Below the pieces are notes generated by a model. That model was given only the letters and a program-made list of their open reading frames with translations. It searched no databases and was not told the DNA's origin. From Geopsychrobacteraceae bacterium (lineage in GTDB: Bacteria; Desulfobacterota; Desulfuromonadia; Desulfuromonadales; Geopsychrobacteraceae), in contig CAXXTB010000002.1 in assembly GCA_963676795.2 (NCBI GenBank), forward strand, positions 1,600,001 to 1,664,000: 64,000 bases of DNA, given 5' to 3'. Below, one piece after another: positions 28,422 to 40,646 of this stretch (its first letter is position 1; each line of letters begins with the position of its first letter). The position numbers and the translations under genes are program-made.

Positions 28422-29357
28422 ATGACATTCAATCCAAAGCATATTCTCGGTATCAAAAACTTAAGTGCAGAAGAGTTGACCTTCATTCTCGATACAGCGG
28501 CGAGCTTCAAAGAGATCAACAGCCGTGATATCAAGAAGGTTCCGATCCTGCGCGGTAAAACCATTATCAACCTGTTTTTCGAAGCCAGTACCCGGACTCG
28601 CACCTCGTTCGAGATCGCCGGAAAACGCTTATCTGCCGATACGATCAACATCACTGCCTCGGCCTCGTCGGTGGTCAAAGGGGAAACCCTGGAAGATACC
28701 GCCCGTAATATCGAGGCGATGCATCCAGATATCATCGTCATGCGCCACAGCGCGTCGGGGGCCTGCGAATATCTGGCCCAGCGGCTGAAGTGTTCTATCG
28801 TCAATGCTGGTGACGGAGCCCATGAGCATCCGAGTCAGGCATTGCTCGACGCCTTCACCATTCGCGAACACAAAGGACGGATTGAAGGCTTGACGGTTAC
28901 CATTGCCGGCGATGTCACTCACAGCCGGGTGGTAAGATCGAACATCTACTGTTTGACCAAACTGGGCGCCAAGGTCCGCCTCGTCGGACCCAAAACGATG
29001 ATGCCTCCCGGTATCGAACGACTGGGTTGTGAGGTTTATACCGACCTGGAAAAGGCAATCAGCGGCGTAGATTGTGTTATGATGCTGCGCATCCAACGCG
29101 AACGCCAGGGCAAGACCCTGCTTCCTTCACTGCGTGAATATGCCCGTTTCTATGGTCTGAATGATCGTAATATCCAGTTGACCAAGGACGATGCGATCAT
29201 CCTTCACCCAGGTCCGATGAACCGCGGCGTAGAGATCTCTTCAGTTGTTGCTGACGGTAAGCGGAGTGTTATTCTTGATCAGGTGGAGAATGGTGTCGCC
29301 GTCAGGATGGCGCTGCTATATCTGGTTGCCGGTGGCGAAAAACTTAAGGACTCCTGA
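28422..29357 (+). CDS. pyrB: Aspartate carbamoyltransferase catalytic subunit
   Basis: [47 protein letters not shown]. Confidence 0.98.
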   Translation: MTFNPKHILGIKNLSAEELTFILDTAASFKEINSRDIKKVPILRGKTIINLFFEASTRTRTSFEIAGKRLSADTINITASASSVVKGETLEDTARNIEAMHPDIIVMRHSASGACEYLAQRLKCSIVNAGDGAHEHPSQALLDAFTIREHKGRIEGLTVTIAGDVTHSRVVRSNIYCLTKLGAKVRLVGPKTMMPPGIERLGCEVYTDLEKAISGVDCVMMLRIQRERQGKTLLPSLREYARFYGLNDRNIQLTKDDAIILHPGPMNRGVEISSVVADGKRSVILDQVENGVAVRMALLYLVAGGEKLKDS

Positions 29358-29375
29358 TTGAAAGAGGCTATGAGT

Positions 29376-30650
29376 ATGAAAATTATCATCAAAGGGGGAC
29401 ATGTTCTTGATCCGGCCAATGATATCGACGGGATCTTCGATATCCTCATTGAAGACGGTCTGATTTCCCGAATCGATTCATCGATCGACGAGAGCGATGC
29501 CGAAATCATTCAGGCCTGCGATATGCTGGTCATCCCTGGTCTTGTCGATATCCACACCCATATGCGCGATCCCGGTCAGGAGTACAAGGAAGACCTGATC
29601 AGTGGTACCAGGGCAGCCGTGGCCGGTGGCGTCACCTCGCTGGCTTGTATGCCGAACACCAGCCCGGTCAACGATAACCAGGCGGTCACCCGCTTTATCA
29701 TTGAAAAGGCCAAAAGCCAGGGGGTCGCCAACGTTTTCCCGGTCGGGGCGATCAGCCATGGCATGGATGGAGAAATCCTCTCTGAAATGGGCGATCTCAA
29801 GTCAGCTGGCTGTGTCGCTTTTTCGGACGATGGCAAGCCGGTCAAAAGCAGTGAGCTGATGCGCCGCGCACTGGAGTATGCTGATACCTTTGACATGCCG
29901 ATCATCTCCCATGCCGAGGACCTTTCTCTGGTCGGCGAAGGGTGCATGAACGATGGTGTGGTGGCCACCGAGCTCGGTCTCAAGGGGATTCCCTGGGTTG
30001 CTGAAGATGCGGCCACAGCCCGTGAAATCATGCTGGCCGAATTTACCGGTGCAAGGCTGCACATCGCCCATGTGTCAACCAGGGGCAGTGTTGAGCTGGT
30101 GCGTCAGGCCAAGGCGCGCGGTGCCCGGGTGACTTGCGAGGTGTCACCGCATCATTTTACCTTAAGCGAAGAGGCTGTCCGTGGTTACAACACCAACGCC
30201 AAGATGAACCCGCCGCTGCGGACCCAGGAAGATATTGAAGCCATCAAGGAAGGCCTCAAAGACGGCACTATCGATGCGATTGCCACCGATCACGCGCCAC
30301 ATCATATCGATGAAAAGAATGTCGAGTTTCCGATCGCCCTGAACGGTATGATCGGTCTTGAAACTCTGCTGCCACTGACCCTGCAACTGGTCCGGGACAA
30401 GGACATCAGCCTCAAACAGGCAGTGGCCATGATGACCTGTCAGCCGGCAGCAATCATCGGCATCGACCGTGGCACCCTCGGCATCGGCAGACCGGCGGAT
30501 ATCACTATTGTCGATCCGGAACGTGACTGGACGGTCTTTGCGGAGGACTTATTTTCAAAAAGTAAAAATACGCCTTTTATCGGCTGCCGCCTGAAAGGGG
30601 TCGCGGCGCGCACCCTGGTCGCCGGAAAAACGGTTTTTGAAAGAAAATGA
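29376..30650 (+). CDS. pyrC: Dihydroorotase
   Basis: [34 protein letters not shown]. Confidence 0.96.
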   Translation: MKIIIKGGHVLDPANDIDGIFDILIEDGLISRIDSSIDESDAEIIQACDMLVIPGLVDIHTHMRDPGQEYKEDLISGTRAAVAGGVTSLACMPNTSPVNDNQAVTRFIIEKAKSQGVANVFPVGAISHGMDGEILSEMGDLKSAGCVAFSDDGKPVKSSELMRRALEYADTFDMPIISHAEDLSLVGEGCMNDGVVATELGLKGIPWVAEDAATAREIMLAEFTGARLHIAHVSTRGSVELVRQAKARGARVTCEVSPHHFTLSEEAVRGYNTNAKMNPPLRTQEDIEAIKEGLKDGTIDAIATDHAPHHIDEKNVEFPIALNGMIGLETLLPLTLQLVRDKDISLKQAVAMMTCQPAAIIGIDRGTLGIGRPADITIVDPERDWTVFAEDLFSKSKNTPFIGCRLKGVAARTLVAGKTVFERK

Positions 30651-30696
30651 ACGCACAGGCAACACTTAAAGTAGAATCTTAAGAATTGAGGGCTAA

Positions 30697-31824
30697 ATGA
30701 AAGCAGTACTAGCACTTGCAGACGGCAGGTATTTTATTGGAAAAGCGCTTGGCGCAGTTGGTGAAGTGACCGGAGAGGTTGTCTTCAATACCAGTCTGAC
30801 CGGCTATCAGGAGATTCTGACCGATCCGTCCTATCATGGTGAGATCGTCACCATGACCTACCCGCAGATCGGCAACTACGGTATTAACTCTGAAGATGTC
30901 GAATCGTGCAAACCGTTCCTGTCCGGTTTTGTTGTCAAGGAATCCTGCCCGGTTCCGAGCAACTTCCGTTCTGAGATGAGCCTTGATGAGTACCTGAAGA
31001 TGAACAACATCGTTGCCATTGAAGGGATCGACACCCGTGCTCTGGTCAAGCATATCCGTACCAGGGGAGCCCAGGTCGGAATCATCTCGTCAACCGACAC
31101 CGATCCGCAGAGCCTGATCGAAAAGGCTAAACAGGCTCCCGGGCTGGTTGGCCGGGACCTGGTCAGGGAAGTCACCTGCAGCGAACCCTATCGCTTTGAA
31201 GAGGGAGTCTGGTCGCTGGAAGACGGTTACGCGAAACTCGCCGAGAACCGTCCGTACAAAGTTGTTGCTTACGACTTCGGTATCAAACGCAACATCCTGC
31301 GTAACCTCAACTCGGCCGGTTGCGACGTCACTGTGGTGCCGGCAACCACCAGCGCCGAAGAGGTTCTGGCGATGAATCCTGACGGTATCTTCCTGAGTAA
31401 TGGCCCTGGTGATCCGGAACCACTCCATTACGCTCAGGACAACATCCGCAAGCTGCTTGAAAAGAAAATTCCTGTTTTCGGCATCTGCCTGGGCCACCAA
31501 CTGCTGTCGATCGCCCTTGGCGGCAAGACCTACAAGCTCAAGTTCGGTCACCGTGGTGGCAACCAACCGGTGCTCGATTATGCTCGTCAGCAGGTTGAGA
31601 TTACCTCGCAGAATCACGGCTTTGCGGTCGATCAGACCACCCTTGACAACGACAAGGTCAAGGTGACCCATATGAACCTGAACGACAATACCGTTGAGGG
31701 GGTCCAGCACTGCAGCCTGCCGGCGTTCTCGGTTCAGTATCATCCGGAAGCGTCTCCGGGACCGCATGACGCGCACTACCTGTTCGAGCGTTTCATCGAG
31801 ATGATCAAAAAGAATAAAGCTTAA
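30697..31824 (+). CDS. carA: Carbamoyl-phosphate synthase small subunit
   Basis: [48 protein letters not shown]. Confidence 0.98.
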   Translation: MKAVLALADGRYFIGKALGAVGEVTGEVVFNTSLTGYQEILTDPSYHGEIVTMTYPQIGNYGINSEDVESCKPFLSGFVVKESCPVPSNFRSEMSLDEYLKMNNIVAIEGIDTRALVKHIRTRGAQVGIISSTDTDPQSLIEKAKQAPGLVGRDLVREVTCSEPYRFEEGVWSLEDGYAKLAENRPYKVVAYDFGIKRNILRNLNSAGCDVTVVPATTSAEEVLAMNPDGIFLSNGPGDPEPLHYAQDNIRKLLEKKIPVFGICLGHQLLSIALGGKTYKLKFGHRGGNQPVLDYARQQVEITSQNHGFAVDQTTLDNDKVKVTHMNLNDNTVEGVQHCSLPAFSVQYHPEASPGPHDAHYLFERFIEMIKKNKA

Positions 31825-31844
31825 AATATAGAGAGAACGAAAAC

Positions 31845-34800
31845 ATGCCAAAACGTCATGATTTAAAGAAAATCCTGATTATCGGAGCCGGTCCTATCAT
31901 CATCGGACAGGCCTGCGAATTCGATTACTCCGGCACCCAGGCCTGCAAGGCCCTGAAGGAAGAGGGGTACGAAGTCGTTCTACTGAACTCCAACCCGGCA
32001 ACCATTATGACCGATCCGGATTTTGCCGACCGGACCTATATAGAACCGGTTACCCCGGAAGTTCTGGCCAAGATCATCGAGAAAGAGCGCCCCTGTGCCG
32101 TGCTGCCGACCCTCGGTGGCCAGACCGCGCTGAACACAGCTGTGGCCGTTGCTGAGGCCGGTGTCCTCGACAAGTTTGGTGTCGAACTGATCGGTGCCAA
32201 ACTCGGTCCGATCAAAAAGGCTGAAGACCGCACCCTGTTCAAGCAGGCGATGGAAAAGATCGGCGTAGCCGTCCCGCGTTCCGGCCTGGCTCACAACCAT
32301 CAGGAAGCGATGGAGATCATCGAATACATCGGCTTTCCCGCGATTATCCGCCCGTCCTTCACCCTGGGCGGAACCGGTGGTGGAATCGCCTATAATCTCG
32401 AAGAGTACGAGCAGATGGCCCTGGCCGGTATCGATGCATCGCCAACCGATGAAATTCTCGTCGAGGAGTCGGTCATCGGCTGGAAAGAGTATGAGCTCGA
32501 AGTCATGCGCGATACGGCTGATAACGTTGTTATCATCTGTTCCATCGAAAACTTCGATGCTATGGGCGTCCATACCGGTGACTCGATCACCATCGCTCCG
32601 GCCCAGACCCTGACCGATAAGGAATACCAGCTGCTGCGTGATGCGGCGCTCAAGATCATCCGCGAGATCGGTGTCGATACCGGTGGTTCCAATATCCAGT
32701 TTGGTATCAACCCGGCCAACGGCCGGATGGTCGTCATCGAGATGAACCCAAGGGTTTCCCGTTCTTCGGCACTGGCCTCCAAGGCGACCGGCTTCCCGAT
32801 CGCCAAGATCGCCGCCAAGCTGTCGGTTGGTTACCGTCTGGATGAGATTCAGAACGACATCACCCGCGAGACCCTGGCCTCCTTCGAGCCGACCATCGAC
32901 TATGTTGTCACCAAGGTGCCGCGCTTTACCTTTGAGAAATTCCCGCAGGCTGACGCGACCCTGACAACCCAGATGAAATCGGTCGGTGAGGCGATGGCAA
33001 TCGGCCGGACCTTTAAAGAGAGCCTGCAGAAAGCCCTGCGTTCCCTCGAGATCGGTTCACACGGTTTTGAGAGCCGGATCTTCAGTGAGCCTGACGGCTA
33101 CGACCGCGAAATCAGCGAAGCGGAACGCGACAAGATCAGCCACAGTCTGCGCGTCCCGGGCTGGGACCGCATCTGGTACATCGCCGATGCCTTCCGTGCC
33201 GGATTCAGCGTGGAGGAGGTGCATAACCTCTGCAAGGTTGACCCCTGGTTCCTTTCGCACATTGCCCAACTGGTCGAGATCGAGAAGAGCCTCGTTGCTG
33301 GCAAAGGCAAGCTTATTGCCAAAGATGCAACAGCTGAAGAGTTCCTGCGTGAGGCCAAGCAGTTCGGTTTTTCCGACAAGCGCCTGGCCCTGTTGTGGGG
33401 GATGAAGGAAGATGCCGTCCGTGAACTGCGTCACGAACTGAAGGTTCTGCCGGTCTACAAGCGCGTCGACACCTGCGCCGCCGAGTTTGAGGCCTTTACG
33501 CCATACCTCTACTCGACCTATGAAAGCGAATGTGAAGCTGAGCCGACCGACAAGCGCAAGATCATGATCCTGGGTGGCGGTCCGAACCGGATCGGCCAGG
33601 GGATCGAGTTCGATTACTGCTGTGTTCACGGTGCCTTCTCACTGTCTGACTCCGGCTTTGAAACCATCATGGTCAACTGTAACCCGGAAACGGTTTCAAC
33701 CGATTACGACACTTCGGATCGTCTCTACTTCGAGCCACTGACCCTGGAAGACGTGCTCTCGATCGTCGCCGTTGAAAAACCGGAGGGCGTCATCGTCCAG
33801 TACGGTGGTCAGACCCCGCTGAAACTGGCGGTTGCCCTGGAAAAGGCCGGAGTACCGATTATCGGCACCTCTCCGGATGCCATCGACCGGGCCGAAGACC
33901 GTGAGCGCTTCCAGGCGCTGCTCAACAAGTTGAACCTGATCCAGCCGGATAACGGTATCGCACGTTCCTTTGAGGAAGCGGAAGTCATTGCCGAGCGAAT
34001 TGGTTATCCGGTTGTTGTGCGGCCTTCGTACGTGCTTGGTGGCCGGGCCATGGAGATTGTCTACGATGTTGAGCGTCTGCGCAACTACATGAAGTTTGCC
34101 GTTGACGCCTCGCCGGAGCACCCGATCCTGATCGACAAGTTCCTGCAGCACGCCATTGAGGTTGATGTCGATGCCCTGTGCGATGGCAAGGATGTCGTCA
34201 TCGGCGGGATCATGCAGCATATTGAAGAAGCCGGCATCCACTCCGGTGACTCGGCCTGCTCGTTGCCTCCTTACTCATTGCCGCAGGAGATCATTGCCGA
34301 GATCCGGCGTCAGACCATCGCCCTGGCACTGGAGCTGCAGGTTGTCGGGTTGATGAACATCCAGTATGCTGTCAAAGACGGAACCATCTTCCTCATCGAA
34401 GTCAATCCACGTGCCAGCCGTACTGTGCCGTTTGTTTCCAAGGCAACCGGACGCCCACTGGCTCAGATTGCGGCCAAGGTCATGGCCGGTATGAGCCTGT
34501 CGGAGCAGGGAATTGAGGGGGATATCATCCCGGAATATATCTCCGTCAAGGAAGCGGTCTTCCCGTTTGTTAAATTCCCGGGCGTCGACACGCTGCTCGG
34601 ACCGGAAATGAAATCGACTGGGGAAGTCATGGGGATCGACTATGATTTCGGCAAGGCCTTTGCCAAAGCCCAGCAGGGTGCCGGGGTCAAGTTGCCGATC
34701 TCCGGAAAGATCTTTGTCAGTGTCAAAGACGCCGACAAGGAAGAAATTCTCGAGTCGACCAGGAAACTGGTCAAGGCCGGTTTCACCATCGTCGCCACCG

Positions 34801-35096
34801 GCGGTACTGCGACCTACCTCAATGAAAACGGTGTTGCAGCGGAACGGATCAACAAGGTCAAGGAAGGCCGTCCTCATTGTGTTGATGCCATAAAGAGCCG
34901 TGAAATCGCAATGGTTTTCAATACGACTCTGGGTGCACAGTCGGTCACCGATTCCTATTCGATCCGCCGTTCTGCGCTGATGAACGAAGTCGCCTACTTC
35001 ACCACCGTCGCCGGAATCGATGCGGTAACCGACGGTATTTTGGCCATGTTGAGAGAAAATCTTGACGTTAAGCCGTTGCAAGAGTATCATACTTGA
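31845..35096 (+). CDS. carB: Carbamoyl-phosphate synthase large subunit
   Basis: [58 protein letters not shown]-terminal MGS domain. Confidence 0.99.
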   Translation: MPKRHDLKKILIIGAGPIIIGQACEFDYSGTQACKALKEEGYEVVLLNSNPATIMTDPDFADRTYIEPVTPEVLAKIIEKERPCAVLPTLGGQTALNTAVAVAEAGVLDKFGVELIGAKLGPIKKAEDRTLFKQAMEKIGVAVPRSGLAHNHQEAMEIIEYIGFPAIIRPSFTLGGTGGGIAYNLEEYEQMALAGIDASPTDEILVEESVIGWKEYELEVMRDTADNVVIICSIENFDAMGVHTGDSITIAPAQTLTDKEYQLLRDAALKIIREIGVDTGGSNIQFGINPANGRMVVIEMNPRVSRSSALASKATGFPIAKIAAKLSVGYRLDEIQNDITRETLASFEPTIDYVVTKVPRFTFEKFPQADATLTTQMKSVGEAMAIGRTFKESLQKALRSLEIGSHGFESRIFSEPDGYDREISEAERDKISHSLRVPGWDRIWYIADAFRAGFSVEEVHNLCKVDPWFLSHIAQLVEIEKSLVAGKGKLIAKDATAEEFLREAKQFGFSDKRLALLWGMKEDAVRELRHELKVLPVYKRVDTCAAEFEAFTPYLYSTYESECEAEPTDKRKIMILGGGPNRIGQGIEFDYCCVHGAFSLSDSGFETIMVNCNPETVSTDYDTSDRLYFEPLTLEDVLSIVAVEKPEGVIVQYGGQTPLKLAVALEKAGVPIIGTSPDAIDRAEDRERFQALLNKLNLIQPDNGIARSFEEAEVIAERIGYPVVVRPSYVLGGRAMEIVYDVERLRNYMKFAVDASPEHPILIDKFLQHAIEVDVDALCDGKDVVIGGIMQHIEEAGIHSGDSACSLPPYSLPQEIIAEIRRQTIALALELQVVGLMNIQYAVKDGTIFLIEVNPRASRTVPFVSKATGRPLAQIAAKVMAGMSLSEQGIEGDIIPEYISVKEAVFPFVKFPGVDTLLGPEMKSTGEVMGIDYDFGKAFAKAQQGAGVKLPISGKIFVSVKDADKEEILESTRKLVKAGFTIVATGGTATYLNENGVAAERINKVKEGRPHCVDAIKSREIAMVFNTTLGAQSVTDSYSIRRSALMNEVAYFTTVAGIDAVTDGILAMLRENLDVKPLQEYHT

Positions 35097-35120
35097 ATTA
35101 GCAAATTCATAGAACATTGC

Positions 35121-35154
35121 CAGTGGGCGGGTTTTTCCCGCCCGCTGTTTTTTT
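35121..35154 (+). terminator. Intrinsic terminator after carB
   Basis: CAGTGGGCGGG-TTTTT-CCCGCCCGCTG-TTTTTTT. Confidence 0.8.
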
Positions 35155-35168
35155 GAGGAGTTATACAA

Positions 35169-35645
35169 ATGAGTGGATCGGTCCCAATGACCGCTGAAGG
35201 TTATCAGCGCTTACAGGATGAGCTGAAACATCTTATTCGTGTTGAACGCCCCAAGGTCGTTCAGGATATCGCCGAAGCTCGCAGCCATGGTGATCTGTCT
35301 GAAAACGCCGAATACGACGCAGCGAAAGATCGTCAGGGTTTTATCGAAGGACGTATCCAGGAGCTGAACAACAAGATCGCGATGGCCCAGGTCATCGACC
35401 CGAAGACCATCAACAGTGACAAGATTGTTTTTGGTGCCAAGGTGACCCTGTTTGATATCGATACCGAAAAGGAAGTCAGCTATCAGATCGTCGGTGAGGA
35501 TGAGGCCGATATCAAGGTCGGCAAGATTTCGATTACCTCTCCAGTCGGTAAGGCCCTGATCGGCCATCGTGTCGATGAAGAGGTCAGAATCATAGTTCCA
35601 TCCGGTATGAAGGTCTACGAAGTCACAGATATCGTGTATAGCTGA
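35169..35645 (+). CDS. greA: Transcription elongation factor GreA
   Basis: IAEARSHGDLSENAEYDAAK, SITSPVGKALIG. Confidence 0.97.
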   Translation: MSGSVPMTAEGYQRLQDELKHLIRVERPKVVQDIAEARSHGDLSENAEYDAAKDRQGFIEGRIQELNNKIAMAQVIDPKTINSDKIVFGAKVTLFDIDTEKEVSYQIVGEDEADIKVGKISITSPVGKALIGHRVDEEVRIIVPSGMKVYEVTDIVYS

Positions 35646-35730
35646 CTTGCATAATACGCCGTGTGGAGTCACTTGATTTCTTGTTCGATCTGTTGCAGAG
35701 TTTTCAGTGTAGATTATGTTGGAGGATGTT

Positions 35731-35934
35731 ATGGGGCAAAAAATTTCCAGAGAAATGACCTTTAATTATATTCTTGAGCATTTTCCCGAGACGGCTGAAG
35801 TCCTTGAGCGCTTTAATCTGGATTGTGCCGGATGCATGGGAGCCATGACCGAATCTATTGCGGACGGAGCCCGGGCTCACGGACTGAATGCTGACGAAGT
35901 TCTCGCAGCATTGAACGCTGCCGTGGAAGACTAG
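35731..35934 (+). CDS. DUF1858-like (hybrid cluster protein-associated redox disulfide) small protein
   Basis: ILEHFPETAEVL..F.L.CAGC.GA..ES+..GA.AHG; GGAGG RBS. Confidence 0.8.
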   Translation: MGQKISREMTFNYILEHFPETAEVLERFNLDCAGCMGAMTESIADGARAHGLNADEVLAALNAAVED

Positions 35935-35943
35935 CGACAGCAG

Positions 35944-38094
35944 ATGTCAGCTGCTGCCCCGCACCCAACCGCCAGGCAACTGCAACAAAGCATCAGTACC
36001 ATCAAAGGTGTCGGTCCCCGCATGCTCCCCAAATTGGGCAAACTGGGGATCGCCACCATTGAAGATGCACTCTATCATTTACCCACCCGCTACGAAGATC
36101 GCCGTCAGCTCAAACCGATCGGTCAACTGGTCACCGGAATTCAGGAGGTTTTCGTCGCTACCGTTCTGGCTGCCGGCGAAACATGTACCTCGCGCAGTCG
36201 GCGTAAACTCTATGAAGTCATCGTCGGAGATCCAAGCGGAAAAGTTTCACTCAAATGGTTTCGCTACCGTAAGCTCTGGCTGCAGAAGCAATTTCCTGTA
36301 GGCCAGAAACTGCTCATCATTGGTGAGGTGAAACGTTTTTCCGGAATTCGCGAGATCCATCATCCTGAGGTAGAACGGATTGATAAGGAGACAGATGCCG
36401 ACAGTCTGCTGGCCAATGATTCCGTGAACTTTGGCCGAATCCTGCCTGTATACCCATTAACCGAAGGCTTGTCACAGAAGCAGGTGAGAAAGATCTGGTT
36501 TCCACTTGTTCAGCAATATGCTGAGCTGCTTCCCAGCTTTGTCCCGCCCGCCATTCTTAGACGTTACCGATTTCTTTCAATGTCCAAGGCCCTAGAGCAG
36601 ATCCATTGGCCGGATAACCAGGTCAGCATCGACACGCTCAATAGGGGCCAGGACCTGGCACGACAATCGCTGGTTTATGATGAATTCTTTTTCCTCGAAC
36701 TCGGCCTGGCCTTGAAAAGGGCAGGGGTCGAACTGGAGCAGGGGATTGCATTTTCATTTGACCACAAATACACATTGCCACTCAGCAAGATACTTCCCTT
36801 TAAATTGACCGACGCTCAGCGACGTGTTCTGGGTGAAATCAAGCGTGACATGATGGGAGCGACACCGATGCACCGCCTTCTTCAGGGGGATGTCGGCAGC
36901 GGCAAAACGCTGGTCGCCTTGATGTCCGCACTGATCGCCATAGAAAACAGCGCTCAGGTAGCCGTTATTGCCCCCACCGAGATATTGGCGGAACAGCACT
37001 ATAAATTCTTCTCAACCTGGCTGGAAAAACTGGAGCTTAAAGCCGGTCTGTTGCAAGGGAGCATGACGGCTGCAGCTAAGAAGCAGCTCTATGCACAGAT
37101 CTCATCCGGAGAAATCGATCTGATTGTCGGGACCCACGCCGTCCTGCAGCACGGGGTTGAATTTAAACATCTCGGCCTTGGCATCATAGATGAACAACAC
37201 AGATTCGGGGTCCGCCAGCGCAGTATACTCAAACACAAAGGGGAAAACCCTGACATTCTGGTCATGACGGCGACACCAATTCCCCGCACCCTGTCAATGA
37301 CACTCTATGGAGACCTGGCAGTATCGGTTATCGATCAGTTGCCCCCTGGCAGAAAACCAGTGACGACCAGGCTGTTTCGCTCAAGACATCGGGAAAGAGC
37401 CTACGATCTGATCCGCAACGAGTTGAGGGCAGGGCGTCAGGCCTATGTTGTTTACCCACTCGTTGAGGAATCAGAAAAATCGGATCTTCAGGCCGCAACG
37501 GTCGCGGCAGAAATACTGGCTAACGAGGTGTTCTCCGAGTTTCGCATCGGCTTGCTGCACGGACAGATGAAAAGTGCCGAAAAAGATGCAATCATGCAGA
37601 AATTCAGGGCTAACGAGGTGCAGTTGCTGGTGGCAACCACCGTCATTGAAGTTGGAGTGGATGTGCCCAATGCAACGGTCATGCTGATTGAACATGCCGA
37701 GCGGTTCGGTCTGTCGCAGCTTCATCAGCTCAGGGGACGCGTCGGCAGAGGGGCGGATAAAAGTTACTGCCTGTTGATCCCTTCTGAAAACTACAGTGAA
37801 GATGCTGGCAGACGTCTGCAGGTTATGGTCGATACTGAAGATGGATTTCGCCTCGCCGAAGCGGATCTTGAAATCCGTGGACCGGGTGATTTTCTTGGTA
37901 CCCGCCAGGCTGGACTTCCTGATTTTCGTGTCGCCAATATCCTGAAAGATCAGAGACTTCTGGAATTGGCACGGCAGGATGCCTTTGATTATGTCAACCA
38001 GACGAACCAGTTACAAACAGAGGACGCTGTCGCCGTCAGGGAAGAATTAATTCGTCGCTGGGGAGGGCGACTGGAACTTGCATCGATAGGCTGA
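35944..38094 (+). CDS. recG: ATP-dependent DNA helicase RecG
   Basis: LLQGDVGSGKT, DEQHRFG, MTATPIPRTL, QLHQLRGRVGRG, DLEIRGPG. Confidence 0.98.
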   Translation: MSAAAPHPTARQLQQSISTIKGVGPRMLPKLGKLGIATIEDALYHLPTRYEDRRQLKPIGQLVTGIQEVFVATVLAAGETCTSRSRRKLYEVIVGDPSGKVSLKWFRYRKLWLQKQFPVGQKLLIIGEVKRFSGIREIHHPEVERIDKETDADSLLANDSVNFGRILPVYPLTEGLSQKQVRKIWFPLVQQYAELLPSFVPPAILRRYRFLSMSKALEQIHWPDNQVSIDTLNRGQDLARQSLVYDEFFFLELGLALKRAGVELEQGIAFSFDHKYTLPLSKILPFKLTDAQRRVLGEIKRDMMGATPMHRLLQGDVGSGKTLVALMSALIAIENSAQVAVIAPTEILAEQHYKFFSTWLEKLELKAGLLQGSMTAAAKKQLYAQISSGEIDLIVGTHAVLQHGVEFKHLGLGIIDEQHRFGVRQRSILKHKGENPDILVMTATPIPRTLSMTLYGDLAVSVIDQLPPGRKPVTTRLFRSRHRERAYDLIRNELRAGRQAYVVYPLVEESEKSDLQAATVAAEILANEVFSEFRIGLLHGQMKSAEKDAIMQKFRANEVQLLVATTVIEVGVDVPNATVMLIEHAERFGLSQLHQLRGRVGRGADKSYCLLIPSENYSEDAGRRLQVMVDTEDGFRLAEADLEIRGPGDFLGTRQAGLPDFRVANILKDQRLLELARQDAFDYVNQTNQLQTEDAVAVREELIRRWGGRLELASIG

Positions 38095-38151
38095 TATGAT
38101 AACCAAATGAGTAAACCTAGTTTTTCAACAGCCTGTAGCAACGGAGCGGTT

Positions 38152-39114
38152 ATGAAAGCAATCAGGGTCAATGAGTTTGGTGAACCGGCGGTCATGCAAC
38201 TTGAAGAGGTGCAGGAACCAGCGATTCAGGATCAGCAGATCTATATCGACGTCAAAGCGATCGGAGTGAATCCGGTTGATACCTATATCCGTTCTGGAAC
38301 CTATCCAGCTAAGCCAGCATTGCCATATACACCTGGTCACGATGCGGCTGGAATCGTCACAAAAGTCGGACGCGCGGTAACCAAGTTCAAGGTCGGCGAT
38401 CGTGTCTATTCTTACCGGACTGTCAGTGGCAGCTACGCGCAGGCCATGGTCTGTCATGAAGACCAGGCTTTTTTACTCCCCGAAGACATCGGTTTTGATC
38501 TGGGGGCCGCTCTTGGAGTCGCTTATTCAACAGCGTTTTTTGCCATGATGCATCGCGGCTGTGCACGTCCCGGAGAAACCGTCCTGGTCCATGGCGGCAG
38601 CGGAACCGTCGGCCTTGCGGCTATTCAATATGCCAAACAGCTTGGCATGACCGTTATCGCAACCGCGGGAACCGAGGCGGGAATCAAGTTTTTACAGGAT
38701 CATGGCTGCGATCATGTTGCAAACCATCATGATTCAGATTATTGCGAAGCAATCATGATGGCAACCGGTGGCCGCGGCGTCGATCTGATCCTTGAAATGC
38801 TCGCTAACGTCAATCTGGATAAAGATCTCAAAATGCTGGCTCACTCTGGCCGCGTTGTCATCATCGGCAATCGTGGTACGATTGAAATCAACCCACGCGA
38901 CACCATGGGCAAAAATACGTCGATCATTGGACTGGCCGTTATGAACGCAACATCGCAACAGCTTGGCGAGATTCACGCTCTGCTGCATGCCGGTTTGACA
39001 GATGGTCGATTCAAACCAGTGATCAGCAAAGCATACTCCCTGGCAGAAGCAGCACAAGCCCATCACCAGGTCATGCAGCCCGGCAACAATGGAAAAATTA
39101 TCATGATGCCATAA
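38152..39114 (+). CDS. NADPH:quinone oxidoreductase (zeta-crystallin/MDR family)
   Basis: GVNPVDTYIRSG, PYTPGHD.AG, VLVHGGSG.VG, EMLANVNL.KDL. Confidence 0.92.
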   Translation: MKAIRVNEFGEPAVMQLEEVQEPAIQDQQIYIDVKAIGVNPVDTYIRSGTYPAKPALPYTPGHDAAGIVTKVGRAVTKFKVGDRVYSYRTVSGSYAQAMVCHEDQAFLLPEDIGFDLGAALGVAYSTAFFAMMHRGCARPGETVLVHGGSGTVGLAAIQYAKQLGMTVIATAGTEAGIKFLQDHGCDHVANHHDSDYCEAIMMATGGRGVDLILEMLANVNLDKDLKMLAHSGRVVIIGNRGTIEINPRDTMGKNTSIIGLAVMNATSQQLGEIHALLHAGLTDGRFKPVISKAYSLAEAAQAHHQVMQPGNNGKIIMMP

Positions 39115-39307
39115 CTCGACATTCTCAGGGCATACCCAGCAGGGCCACCAAGAGATCGTCGCTTAGAAGTTAAATATGGAGCTCGACTTTTTTCATGAAA
39201 TTCAGTGAAATTGTTAAATTCAGTAATTGAACTTTATGTTTAAAGATCCAGAAATATCAAAAAAGATGACGAACACACACCAAGGAAGTCGCAGGTTCAC
39301 ATTTTCT

Positions 39308-39335
39308 AGTTTACATAATACAAATTATGCGACGT
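39308..39335 (-). other. dif-like XerC/XerD recombination site
   Basis: Minus strand ACGTCGCATAA-TTTGTA-TTATGTAAACT, 11-6-11 architecture resembling E. coli dif GGTGCGCATAA-TGTATA-TTATGTTAAAT. Confidence 0.8.
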
Positions 39336-39368
39336 TGAACATTTAACACGTCGTAGTGGGGTCAATCA

Positions 39369-39794
39369 GTGACTTCACTGATAACCTCCCTCCACCAGTC
39401 GCTTGAGATAACCCCTCTCGATAATGACCAGGTCCAGGTCACTGTCGTTCTTCCGTCTGATCTGCTTAATAGCTATCAGTCACTCCTTGAATCCCTGATC
39501 GGTTTTGTCAGTCATATCAATCATGAGAAACACCATCAGCGTCTTAGGGCTGCTGCGGATCTCTCCGTTAAGGCCGTTCTCTCCAAAGCTGACTATCACA
39601 AACGACTGGTCAAGTCCTACGATGACTATACAGCTTCGGGCCTCTCTCGCACCGATGCTATTAGGCGGATCTCTGCCGACCTGAGCAAAGAGAAACATCC
39701 TTGGGCCGGTGTCGATCTTGTGCGCAAATCCCTTATTGAAGCTGGCCGCTCTGGTCGTGTTGGTCGTCCTTCCTCTCGGAGAAACGAACCATGA
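39369..39794 (+). CDS. Hypothetical protein, probably of phage/plasmid (IMEX-like) origin
   Basis: 141-aa ORF starting 33 nt from dif-like site, basic C-terminus; ATGA-coupled to next ORF. Confidence 0.55.
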   Translation: MTSLITSLHQSLEITPLDNDQVQVTVVLPSDLLNSYQSLLESLIGFVSHINHEKHHQRLRAAADLSVKAVLSKADYHKRLVKSYDDYTASGLSRTDAIRRISADLSKEKHPWAGVDLVRKSLIEAGRSGRVGRPSSRRNEP

Positions 39795-39886
39795 TGGCGG
39801 CGCGTGGAGACGGTGGCCGGCCAGTCATGGATGCGCCTACCCTTCAGGGGACGTCTTGTAACACGCCCCCGCTAAATACCTCAGTC
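39791..39886 (+). pseudogene. Possible N-terminal stub of a rolling-circle replication initiator
   Basis: MMAARGDGG...[10 protein letters not shown] resembles the (S/C)NT(A/P)P N-terminal motif of inovirus-like Rep proteins (recalled); then switches abruptly to hydrolase sequence. Confidence 0.35.
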
Positions 39887-40157
39887 CTGATGCCCAACTA
39901 CGCGTTGGCTGAACAGGTCAGTTTTAACGACTCGGATATCAAGGCGAACTACAGCCTGTTTGATTCACCGCTGAGGCACGGTGAAGGTCGAGGGTATCTG
40001 GTCACACCGACAAATAGCAGTGCTGCCCTTCCAGCAGTACTGGTCATTCATGAAAACCGAGGCCTCAATCTCTATATCAAAGATGTCGCCCGAGAGGGAT
40101 TCCTGGCTTTTGCTCCGGACGCTCTGCACCCGATTGGAGGGTATCCGGGCAATGATG
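39887..40157 (+). pseudogene. Dienelactone hydrolase (YghX-like), N-terminal fragment
   Basis: [51 protein letters not shown] then break. Confidence 0.85.
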
Positions 40158-40486
40158 GGTTTCTCTAAATAAAGGTACATAACCCACCACAGGAATTTGG
40201 TTTTAACCCAAAAGGCAACTCAACCGTCACATTGGACGGCAAAGTCGTTCGTGGAGTGGTCAAAAGCCGACTTGATATATGTGCTGGCAAGATCAAGCGC
40301 ACGATGTCTTCTCCTGAGCTATTATATTGTAATATCAGCAAAGTAGCCTATATCGGATGCTCAGGAAACATATTAATCCAGCGTATGCCACAGCCTGTTG
40401 ACATTGCCTTGTCACATCTTTGATTGCATAAATCGGAAAGGATTGAGGGAGAAAGTCGATTTGCTCGCAGGATGAAGATCGCACTC

Positions 40487-40609
40487 TCATGAACAAGATA
40501 TAATTTTTCTGGCCCGATAATCACCACGGTAGCGGCGAACGCACAGATTGAAATCGTGACGTGGAAGAAACTGCAGCAGTTGCCTGAAAACGGTTTGACC
40601 TGAATTCAT
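40487..40609 (-). pseudogene. IS4-family (DUF4372) transposase, N-terminal fragment
   Basis: MNSGQTVFRQLLQFLPRHDFNLCVRRYRGDYRARK with AGGAGG RBS; stops after 40 codons. Confidence 0.75.
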
Positions 40610-40646
40610 CGATACCTCCTGCGTTAATGGATGGTATCTCCCCATA

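Noticed and set aside
25267..35168. Long minus-strand ORFs opposite lepA, pyr and car genes (e.g. 342, 253, 297 aa)
   Set aside because: Antisense shadows of well-supported housekeeping genes
39135..39150. CCCAGCAGGGCCACCA resembling a tRNA 3' end (att site)
   Set aside because: No TTC-containing T-loop and no matching tRNA in the window; too short to separate from chance
39791..40168. 125-aa ORF as a genuine gene
   Set aside because: Chimeric read-through of an unrelated stub into a hydrolase fragment
40170..40480. Short frames between hydrolase fragment and IS4 stub
   Set aside because: Possibly a decayed gene remnant but not identifiable in any frame
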